From a virus (taxonomy: Duplodnaviria; Caudoviricetes): a DNA stretch of 53,552 nucleotides. Below the pieces are notes generated by a model. That model did not search any database. It was not told where the DNA came from and worked only from the letters and a program-made list of their open reading frames with translations. A program made the position numbers and the translations under genes. The stretch is from IMG/VR virus record IMGVR_UViG_3300046656_000217, positions 1 to 53,552 of that record; one strand, 5' to 3'. This document shows positions 26,109 to 33,418 of the stretch, in pieces (the first letter of the stretch is position 1; each line of letters begins with the position of its first letter).

Positions 26109-27074
26109 ATGACGCGGGTGTATTACAACGAGTTCGATCGCACCGCCGCAGAATGGTTGCGGCAGTTGATCCGTGACGGGCTCATTCCGGGAGGATGGGT
26201 GGATGACCGCAGTATCGAAGAAGTCCGACCGGAAGACATCGAAGGGTACGACCAGTGCCACTTCTTCGCCGGCATCGGTGGATGGGCTTACGCTCTTTCC
26301 CTGGCCGGATGGACCGGAACCGTCTGGACCGGTTCCTGTCCGTGCCAGCCGTTCTCGGCGGCGGGCAAAAGGCTCGGGAATCGAGACGCCCGGAATCTTT
26401 GGCCTGAGTTTCGACGACTCGTCGCTGAGTGCCGCCCTTCAGTGGTCTTTGGAGAACAGGTTGCAAGCGAGGATGGGCGCGACTGGCTCGCCGGAGTACG
26501 GCGTGACGTGGAAGCGGTGGGTTATCGGTTCGGGGCTGCCGATCTGTGCGCTGCGGGCGTGGGAGCGCCCCACATCCGACAGCGGCTCTATTGGGTGGCC
26601 GACGGCCACAGTACGAGACGCCCGGGGGGTGGGTTCTCCTGCAAGAACGGCTCGACTAAAAGCGAGAGGCCACATGCCGTCCATTCTCTGCGAAGTGGCA
26701 GAAATGGCCGGCTGGGCGACGCCGACCCCTCGGGACGCGAAGGACGGGGACTGCACGGACGCGGACGTGCCGACCAACTGTCTGCTGGGCCGGCAAGCGG
26801 TGCGGCTGCCGGCGGGGGGATGGATGACACCGAAATCAGCGGAGCATCAGACGACCACCAAAAGGGGATCCCCCACACTCTACGGTCAAGCCATTGGGAC
26901 GACTGCTACCTCATCCCCTGCACCGACGGGAAGGCGCGGCGTTCTGGATCCGGAGTTTTCCCGCTGGCTCATGGGGTACCCGGCCGCGTGGGGCTTATCC
27001 GGGGCTACGGCAATGCGATCGTGCCGGCTCTCGCGGCGGAATTCGTCCGGGCGTACCAAGAGGCGATAGCGTGA
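26109..27074 (+). CDS. C5-cytosine DNA methyltransferase, main (alpha) frame
   Basis: FFAGIGG (motif I), PCQPFS (IV), EQV (VI), RQRLY (VIII), GYGNAIVP (X). Confidence 0.9.
   Translation: MTRVYYNEFDRTAAEWLRQLIRDGLIPGGWVDDRSIEEVRPEDIEGYDQCHFFAGIGGWAYALSLAGWTGTVWTGSCPCQPFSAAGKRLGNRDARNLWPEFRRLVAECRPSVVFGEQVASEDGRDWLAGVRRDVEAVGYRFGAADLCAAGVGAPHIRQRLYWVADGHSTRRPGGGFSCKNGSTKSERPHAVHSLRSGRNGRLGDADPSGREGRGLHGRGRADQLSAGPASGAAAGGGMDDTEISGASDDHQKGIPHTLRSSHWDDCYLIPCTDGKARRSGSGVFPLAHGVPGRVGLIRGYGNAIVPALAAEFVRAYQEAIA
26173..27069 (+). CDS. Overlapping +1-frame methyltransferase beta subunit (TRD plus motif IX); start uncertain
   Basis: Open for 298 codons; GWPT/GWAT/GWMT repeats and 'LDPEFSRWLMGYPAAW'. 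Confidence 0.65.
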   Translation: MTGSFREDGWMTAVSKKSDRKTSKGTTSATSSPASVDGLTLFPWPDGPEPSGPVPVRASRSRRRAKGSGIETPGIFGLSFDDSSLSAALQWSLENRLQARMGATGSPEYGVTWKRWVIGSGLPICALRAWERPTSDSGSIGWPTATVRDARGVGSPARTARLKARGHMPSILCEVAEMAGWATPTPRDAKDGDCTDADVPTNCLLGRQAVRLPAGGWMTPKSAEHQTTTKRGSPTLYGQAIGTTATSSPAPTGRRGVLDPEFSRWLMGYPAAWGLSGATAMRSCRLSRRNSSGRTKRR

Positions 27075-27598
27075 CCAACGAAGAGTTCTATCAGGCGATG
27101 AAGGCCAAGGGCCAGGTCATCGACGAAGGCCGACCGGTCGGGCTGGCGCTGATTGCCGACGAGCGGAAGAAGAACAACAAGAAACCGCCCCGGAAGCTGG
27201 TCGAGCCCGCGTTCAAGGTCGGGTACGACTCGGTCGAGTTCCTTGTCCCGCTCGCTCTTGAGCCGGCGACGAACGGACCGGCGCTCAAGAAATGGCTGAT
27301 GGGCGTCGCCGCCAAGCACCGGCGGATCGTCACCCGGGCGATCGTCGGCCACCTGCGGGAAACCCTGTTCCTGATCGAAGCCGCCCAAGCCGGCAAGCCG
27401 CTTGTCTGCAAGATCTGCCGCCTCGGCCGCTCGATGGACGACGACAACATTCAGTACCCGGCGAAGTGGGTCCGGGATTCCGTGGCCCTCATGTGCGGAG
27501 TCGATGACAACCTGAAGGGCGTCATCCGGTGGGAGTACGCGCAAGAGCCACGGGCGGTTTACGGCGTGCGGATCCGCTTGTCCCTAGGGTCGCCATGA
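27071..27598 (+). CDS. RusA-like Holliday junction resolvase
   Basis: 'RSMDDDNIQYPAKWVRDSV...VDD' fits D-x-DN-x-K-x3-D...DD pattern. Confidence 0.6.
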   Translation: MTNEEFYQAMKAKGQVIDEGRPVGLALIADERKKNNKKPPRKLVEPAFKVGYDSVEFLVPLALEPATNGPALKKWLMGVAAKHRRIVTRAIVGHLRETLFLIEAAQAGKPLVCKICRLGRSMDDDNIQYPAKWVRDSVALMCGVDDNLKGVIRWEYAQEPRAVYGVRIRLSLGSP

Positions 27599-27891
27599 TC
27601 GAACGCATCACCCGATTCATTGACGGCGAGCCGGTTAGCCGGGAAGTCGTCCTTCGCCGACGGACGCCGATGGAAGAGCGGGAATACTGGTACCTGAAGC
27701 TCGGCCAACTCATGAACGAGTTGCGGGACAAGGACCGGGTGATCCTTGCCCTGGCCGAGCGGATCTTCCTTCAACACGAATTGCTAATGGCCAACAGCCT
27801 TCGCCGCCATCTCGATCAGGAAGACGATGAGACCCCAGCCGAGCCGGAATCCCATGCCCACGAAGATCGCCCAAATGAACGTGCCGAGTAA
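27595..27891 (+). CDS. Hypothetical protein
   Basis: ATGA coupling. Confidence 0.5.
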   Translation: MIERITRFIDGEPVSREVVLRRRTPMEEREYWYLKLGQLMNELRDKDRVILALAERIFLQHELLMANSLRRHLDQEDDETPAEPESHAHEDRPNERAE

Positions 27892-28345
27892 GCCGGTGAG
27901 GCTGGTCGACTGTTGCGGAATGTTATCGGGCATGAAACGACTCCCGGAAAAGTGGGGCGACGTTAGCCGAATTGTACTCGCCGCGCGGTCCGGAGTTGGA
28001 TAGAGTCTTAAACGCCGAAGGCCCGGGTGCTACCCCGAGCCTTCGACTTGGTTCGAGTCGGCCGATACCCGACATGAACCCGCCGAAGTGATTTAACCAC
28101 TTTCGACGGTTCACGTCTAGTTAGCCAACCCGAATCTTCACAAGTGAGGCAAGCAGCGGGTGAGGCCCGCGTGCGGCTTCAGGATTGCCCCACCGGGCAG
28201 TAGGCTCATGGCCGAGCGCCTGAAGCATAGCCCACACCCTGACCCCGCGGGGGGTAGGGGGGTAACGTACCTGTGCAGTTCATCCGGCGCATGCCGGTGA
28301 ACGAATCGAGAACAGCCAACAGCCGAAAGGCACCTACGAGGGTAA
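27892..28345 (+). ncRNA. Candidate large structured non-coding RNA (~450 nt; strand assumed from flanking operon)
   Basis: No credible plus-strand ORF; about ten hairpins/multiloops visible, including G-U pairs and a GCC-GAAA-GGC tetraloop. Confidence 0.6.
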
Positions 28346-28348
28346 GAA

Positions 28349-28696
28349 ATGACGGAATCGACTCTCAGTGATCGGCTTGATGAACTTGCCGAGAGCAAGG
28401 CCAAGTCGTGGCTGCGGGCGGTGAAGAGTGCGATCGACGCCGCCCTGAAGCCCTACTACCGGCTCGAACAGAACGGCGACGAGTTCTTCGGTGAAGTGAT
28501 TGGGGCGATCATCGCCGAGATCTACGCCAAGCATTACCCGAGCCGGGAAACCTTCGACGAGCGGGCGATCGACCTGAGTTTGGTGGAAGCCGCCTACCGT
28601 CGACGGATCTTGGCGGAAGTTCTGGAAAAGCTGCCGCTGGTGAAGGAACTGTCCATGATGGGCCAGAACCACGTCATCCTCGAACCCACGGAGTAA
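28349..28696 (+). CDS. Hypothetical protein
   Basis: GAGGGT SD; operon position. Confidence 0.6.
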   Translation: MTESTLSDRLDELAESKAKSWLRAVKSAIDAALKPYYRLEQNGDEFFGEVIGAIIAEIYAKHYPSRETFDERAIDLSLVEAAYRRRILAEVLEKLPLVKELSMMGQNHVILEPTE

Positions 28697-28699
28697 GCC

Positions 28700-28960
28700 A
28701 TGACCGTTCTACCGATCACGATTCTGGACAAGGGCGAGAGCGACGACACGAAACTCCCGGAAGGGACGAAGGTCGTGTACGGCGAACTCGACCACGTCTG
28801 GATCATGAACGACGGCACCGAAAGCGGGAAGCCGGCGGTCATGCTCCGGACGAAGTTGCCGGACGGGACGCTGGTGTTGTGCCAGACGACCGGCAACATG
28901 TTCAACATGGCCGCGGGTGCGCTGCGGGGTGCGTGCCAGCGGTGGGGCCACAAACTCTAG
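28700..28960 (+). CDS. Hypothetical protein
   Basis: GGAG SD; 'GTESGKPAV' small phage family pattern. Confidence 0.6.
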   Translation: MTVLPITILDKGESDDTKLPEGTKVVYGELDHVWIMNDGTESGKPAVMLRTKLPDGTLVLCQTTGNMFNMAAGALRGACQRWGHKL

Positions 28961-28968
28961 GGGATGCC

Positions 28969-29325
28969 ATGAGCCAGTGTCCAACCTGCGGGGAGACCAT
29001 GAAGATCCTCATCGAAGGGGAGAGGATGGGCGAGAGTGTCATATCGTGGTGCGGCCGGTGCGGAACCAGAACGACAACCTGTCACGGGGAGTCCGGCGTA
29101 GAAGTTGACATGCCGTCGCTGGTCTTCCGGTGCCGGTCGTACGAAGACACGTTCAAGTTCTCGGACTGCCTCGGGCCGACACCGCCCGGTACGAATCAAC
29201 TCGTTTGGAGATCGTTGAACATTCCTCCCTGCCTCCATGTGCCGGAGAAGGATTCGGTTCTCTTCGACGGCAGCTACCCGACGTCGCCCGTGGTCGCCGG
29301 GCGGAAGAGCGAATCGATTCACTAA
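28969..29325 (+). CDS. Zinc-finger hypothetical protein
   Basis: CPTC...CGRC. Confidence 0.5.
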   Translation: MSQCPTCGETMKILIEGERMGESVISWCGRCGTRTTTCHGESGVEVDMPSLVFRCRSYEDTFKFSDCLGPTPPGTNQLVWRSLNIPPCLHVPEKDSVLFDGSYPTSPVVAGRKSESIH

Positions 29326-29326
29326 C

Positions 29327-29347
29327 TTGCTCTCACTTTGAGAGCAA
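29327..29347. promoter_or_regulatory. Palindromic site 4, TTGCTCTCA-CTT-TGAGAGCAA
   Basis: Perfect inverted repeat, intergenic. Confidence 0.75.
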
Positions 29348-29365
29348 ACCCAGAGGGCGAGAGCC

Positions 29366-29584
29366 ATGCGGGTTGCAAAGTGCTATGCGTGTGGTCGTGA
29401 AGGCTGGGTGAATGCCGTCATCGCCGACCGCAACGTGGAGGACGGCGAATACTGCGCCGACTGTTTCGACAACCTTAACATCGGCCCGATTCATCGTCCG
29501 CCCGCTGGCCAGAGTGGGCCGCACCGGTTCAACAACGACCCGTGGGGCGACAACGCGGTCCGTGCGTTGGAAGAAGACCGATAA
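29366..29584 (+). CDS. Small zinc-finger protein
   Basis: CYAC...CADC. Confidence 0.5.
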   Translation: MRVAKCYACGREGWVNAVIADRNVEDGEYCADCFDNLNIGPIHRPPAGQSGPHRFNNDPWGDNAVRALEEDR

Positions 29585-29601
29585 CCCCAGAGGACGCGCC
29601 G

Positions 29602-30030
29602 ATGACGAAGCCGAATTACGAGACCATCGTTTTGCAAGTCGCCAACGTCGCGGTCAGTGAAGCCATTGACCGGCGGAAGTTGCTGATCGCCCGGAATCAG
29701 GTCGAGATCTTGGCCGCGATGGAGATGATGTCCGGGAATCTGGTCGTCTACCTTCAGGCGTATCTCGCGGCCGGGGATCGTCAGCAAGTCGGGGAGGACA
29801 CGGTCACCTACCTTGCCGACTGGCGTCAATGGTTCAAGGCCCGGTGGTTCAACAACCGGATGCTGCGGTGGCTACTGCGGAAGTACCCGCTGCGACACAA
29901 GACGATCAAGGTGCCGACGGTGTGGATCACCCGGGTCTGCCCGCACTTGGCAATCCCTGTCGGCAGCAACAAGTTCGAAATCCTGAAGCCGCACTTCGAT
30001 CATTGCCTCACGAAAGACCAACCGCGATGA
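29602..30030 (+). CDS. Hypothetical protein
   Basis: GAGG SD; coupled to recombinase. Confidence 0.55.
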   Translation: MTKPNYETIVLQVANVAVSEAIDRRKLLIARNQVEILAAMEMMSGNLVVYLQAYLAAGDRQQVGEDTVTYLADWRQWFKARWFNNRMLRWLLRKYPLRHKTIKVPTVWITRVCPHLAIPVGSNKFEILKPHFDHCLTKDQPR

Positions 30031-31094
30031 CCGAGCCCATCTACAACCAGCGGATCCGCCCCTTCACTACCCGGAGTCGGGCGGCGGACAAGCCGACCGG
30101 TACCCGGTGCTGGGGGTACATGCGGGTGAGCACCGACAAGCAAGTCGACGGGACGTCCCTCGAAAGCCAAGAACTCGACATTCGCCGCGAGTACGAGAAG
30201 TGGAAGAACACCCACACGATGATGGGCATTACGAAGGACGTCACCCCCGGCGGAAAGACCCGGTTCTGTGACCGGCAAGGCGGGCGGGAACTGCTCGGGA
30301 AGATGGTCCCCGGCGACGTGCTCATCATCTCCAAGGTCGACCGCTTCAGCCGGTCCGTGGTCGACGGGCTCAACGAGATGCGGGAGATCTGGCGGAAGGG
30401 GATCACGATCGTCTGTCTCGACATGGGCGGCGAGCCGGTGTCGTTCGGGGACAACGGCGAGATCCTGTTGTTCATGCTGCTCCTCGGGGCCCAAATGGAG
30501 AACAAGCGGCGCAGCGAGCGGTCGAAGGAATCCTGGGCCCGGGAGAAAGCGGCGGGGATCAAGCGGAAGCGAAGCCCGATCGCCAACCCGCCGTACGGGT
30601 ACGTGGGTGGGGTGATCGACTGGCACTGGCGGACGTTCGTTGTGCGATTACGCAACATGTTCGATTTCGCCTGCCGCAACCTCGGTTACTCGAAGTGCGA
30701 CACCCGGCACCTGAAGCTCGCCGAGAGGTACGGGCTGCTCTGGTGGAAGAGTTACAGCAAGACCGGGCCGAACGGTCGCCGGCCGGAAGCGATCTCGGCC
30801 GACTACTACCTGCGGTGGTTCCGGTGCGAAGACGAACTGTCCAAGACGCACCCGTTCGTGCTGAAGATCGAGACCCCGTGGGTGGAAGATTTCATCGCCG
30901 GTCGGCTCAAGCCACTGCCCAAACCAATAAACCCTTTCTTCAGTCCCATTAACTCCCCAGGAGAGAACGATGCTCTTGCAACAGTTAACGCCGACCGAAG
31001 CGGCCCGACAGATCCGGGAGAACCTACAGCGGGGGGAGGGCCGGGTGCAGACCTTCCCGGTCATGGTGCTCCCGGACAACACCCTGCACTCTGA
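30027..31094 (+). CDS. Serine recombinase (resolvase/integrase family)
   Basis: 'GYMRVSTDKQ...SLESQ', 'GDVLIISKVDRFSRS', 'PPYGY'; start re-called at MTEPIY. Confidence 0.85.
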   Translation: MTEPIYNQRIRPFTTRSRAADKPTGTRCWGYMRVSTDKQVDGTSLESQELDIRREYEKWKNTHTMMGITKDVTPGGKTRFCDRQGGRELLGKMVPGDVLIISKVDRFSRSVVDGLNEMREIWRKGITIVCLDMGGEPVSFGDNGEILLFMLLLGAQMENKRRSERSKESWAREKAAGIKRKRSPIANPPYGYVGGVIDWHWRTFVVRLRNMFDFACRNLGYSKCDTRHLKLAERYGLLWWKSYSKTGPNGRRPEAISADYYLRWFRCEDELSKTHPFVLKIETPWVEDFIAGRLKPLPKPINPFFSPINSPGENDALATVNADRSGPTDPGEPTAGGGPGADLPGHGAPGQHPAL

Positions 31095-31326
31095 ACCGGG
31101 CGAGAGCCTGTTCACGAAGTACGCGGCTCAGTTCATGGCGGCGTACATCACCGCCGACGACAAAGACAGTTTCGACGTCCACGCCAAGAATGCCATCGCC
31201 GCATCCAAGGCATTATTCATCGCCCTCAAGGCCAACACCGAAGAGGAGAAGAAGAAGGCGGAAGCCGAGATCAAGGCCGAGCGGGACGCCATCCCGTCCG
31301 GCATCCTCCTTAACAGGCCCGAGTGA
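30970..31326 (+). CDS. Hypothetical protein
   Basis: AGGAG SD; overlaps recombinase 3' end. Confidence 0.55.
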   Translation: MLLQQLTPTEAARQIRENLQRGEGRVQTFPVMVLPDNTLHSEPGESLFTKYAAQFMAAYITADDKDSFDVHAKNAIAASKALFIALKANTEEEKKKAEAEIKAERDAIPSGILLNRPE

Positions 31327-31769
31327 TGATCCACCACCGTTCCGAAAGCGAGTACCTGAACATGGCCAACGACACGATCGACGAACTGAAGGACGCCGGC
31401 AAGCGGTTGCTGGCCCTCTTCCAAGATCAGGAGATCGACCACCCGGCCGCATTCAGCGAGTTCCGAAAGGCGTTCGGCTACGTCGAAGAGCCGATCCCGG
31501 TGCGGCCGACGACCATTACCCTGCCGGCGGACGACCAGATCTACGAGACGGTGAAGCAGTTCGAGCACAACAAACACGTCTTGAATAAGGCGTTCGAGGA
31601 CAACAAGGATTTCCGGGACAAGATCCTGGCCACGATGGGTTCGGCGGACGTCCTTCGGTTCCCGGACGGGACGGAAGTGAAGCGAAAGGTGAGCGAGCGT
31701 AAGCCGACGTCCATGCCGGCGGTGAAGTACAACACGATCCGCGTCGACTGGCGGGGTGCGAAGTCGTGA
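31323..31769 (+). CDS. Hypothetical protein
   Basis: Coupled ORF. Confidence 0.6.
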   Translation: MMIHHRSESEYLNMANDTIDELKDAGKRLLALFQDQEIDHPAAFSEFRKAFGYVEEPIPVRPTTITLPADDQIYETVKQFEHNKHVLNKAFEDNKDFRDKILATMGSADVLRFPDGTEVKRKVSERKPTSMPAVKYNTIRVDWRGAKS

Positions 31770-32281
31770 GCGAGCCCGGCCCGAATCACGCGCACTTCAC
31801 CTGGCAGCCGAAGTTCGTTACTTGGATGCACCGGAAGTCCAGAGAAGTGCCGGCGTTCCGGGCGGTCGTCGAGGATCTGGCGCATAACCCGTGGTTCATC
31901 CGGAAGGTGAGCCCGGACGCGACGAGCCTGAATGTCGAGTTCGTCTGGCCGATCGTGATCCAAGCGGTGTGTGCGGTGCGGGTGGCCCTCCACTGGCCAC
32001 CCCCGCCGATGAACGACGACTCGATCGAGAAGTTGTCCGGGATCCCCGAGTTCGGCCGGGCGCTCGACCGGGCCGGGGTGTGCAAGCGGGACGACGACGG
32101 GATCTACGATCTGTCCGGACTGCAATCGCTCTTGATTTTCGCGGTGACGAGCAAACTCATGACGCGCCGACACAAACAAAACCGGCGACGGGAGAACAGA
32201 AAGCTCGGGCTAAGGACGACCCAACGGGGTAAGCACGGGCCACTTATACCCCTCCTCATTTGGAAACCGGAGAACCCATGA
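31766..32281 (+). CDS. Hypothetical protein
   Basis: Coupled ORF. Confidence 0.55.
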   Translation: MSEPGPNHAHFTWQPKFVTWMHRKSREVPAFRAVVEDLAHNPWFIRKVSPDATSLNVEFVWPIVIQAVCAVRVALHWPPPPMNDDSIEKLSGIPEFGRALDRAGVCKRDDDGIYDLSGLQSLLIFAVTSKLMTRRHKQNRRRENRKLGLRTTQRGKHGPLIPLLIWKPENP

Positions 32282-32523
32282 ACGGCGGCGAACAAACCTG
32301 GCTGGCGATCGGTGTAGTGGTCGGCCTTGTAATCGGCATGGCGATCTGCTGCGGCATGATGGACTGGCGGTATCGGAGTCTGAGCAAGGAGCGGGTCGAG
32401 ATGGTCCGCGAGTTGGGCAACTACAAGGGGATGGTCGAGCACCTGCTTATCATCCAAGAGATCGGGGCTCGGGCGCTCGACCTGGCGAACCGGGAAGTGT
32501 CACTACTCAAGAAAGGAACCTGA
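32278..32523 (+). CDS. Small membrane protein
   Basis: N-terminal hydrophobic helix WLAIGVVVGLVIGMAI. Confidence 0.55.
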   Translation: MNGGEQTWLAIGVVVGLVIGMAICCGMMDWRYRSLSKERVEMVRELGNYKGMVEHLLIIQEIGARALDLANREVSLLKKGT

Positions 32524-32524
32524 G

Positions 32525-32920
32525 ATGTCGACGACCCTGCAATACACCGATACGCTCGTCACCGAGACGTGCATTCACTGTTGGGCTCGATTCGCGATGC
32601 ACTTTGAACTCAAGAATCAGAGGAAGATCGATCACGCCCATTTCTATTGCGTCGCCTGCGGGAAGCCGATGATCTACAAGGGCGAGAGCGATGAGGAGAA
32701 GTTCAAGCGGCTCTACCACCAAGAGCAACAGGCCCACGACCAAGCCAAGGCCCGAGCCCGGGACGCCGAAGAGAAAGCCGCGAACCTTGAGCGGACCGCT
32801 AAGCGTCTTCGCAAGCGGGCGGCGAACGGCGTCTGCCCGTGCTGCAAGCGGTCGTTCAAGGAACTGGCCTCACACATGAAGACCAAACATCCGGATTACG
32901 CTGTCGCCAAACAGGAGTAA
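32525..32920 (+). CDS. Zinc-finger / C2H2 protein
   Basis: CIHC, CVAC, CPCC...H...H. Confidence 0.65.
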   Translation: MSTTLQYTDTLVTETCIHCWARFAMHFELKNQRKIDHAHFYCVACGKPMIYKGESDEEKFKRLYHQEQQAHDQAKARARDAEEKAANLERTAKRLRKRAANGVCPCCKRSFKELASHMKTKHPDYAVAKQE

Positions 32921-32923
32921 GTC

Positions 32924-33418
32924 ATGGCGGTCTTATTCGACAATCTGAAGGTCGGCGGCTGGTACGCCATCTTCGAGCACAAGGAACAGGAAGCCGAGCC
33001 CAATCCGTACGATGCGTTCAACCTGTTCGCCAGGGCGCCTAAACGGCAGCGGTGCGACGGGATGCCGTTCATGATCCGGGCGGCGTCCTTCCCGTTCATC
33101 ACCGGGGTTGGACTGAAGGGTGAATTCCTTGCGTTCGATTTCCGAGAAGTACAGTTCGTCTCTCTCGACAAGAGGTACGTCAACGAGTGGTACAAGGCGG
33201 TGGCGTCGGCCTCGGGCCAGTTACCGCAAGGCCAGAGTTGCTTAGACGTCGCCCGGAAACACCTGCGGAAGCTGAAAAAGAAGAAAGAGAAACCGGACCC
33301 GAACACCTGCCCGCGGTGCGGCAGCCGAATGATCCAGAAGTTGCGGGACGTCAAGGACGGGTGGCGAATCGCCTGCCGCGAGTGTGGGATGGACGCCGGG
33401 CCGGCACCGACAACCTAA
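32924..33418 (+). CDS. Zinc-ribbon hypothetical protein
   Basis: CPRC...CREC; last plus-strand gene, convergent with virion genes. Confidence 0.6.
   Translation: MAVLFDNLKVGGWYAIFEHKEQEAEPNPYDAFNLFARAPKRQRCDGMPFMIRAASFPFITGVGLKGEFLAFDFREVQFVSLDKRYVNEWYKAVASASGQLPQGQSCLDVARKHLRKLKKKKEKPDPNTCPRCGSRMIQKLRDVKDGWRIACRECGMDAGPAPTT

Noticed and set aside
27880-27910. CCGGCTTA on the minus strand resembling the RNase P RNA 3' end
   Set aside because: The adjacent conserved ACAGAA and the 5' GAGGAAAGTCC elements are absent.
28044-28060. GGTTCGAGTC resembling a tRNA T-loop
   Set aside because: No acceptor stem, D-arm or anticodon arm could be built around it; treated as one hairpin of the larger structured region.
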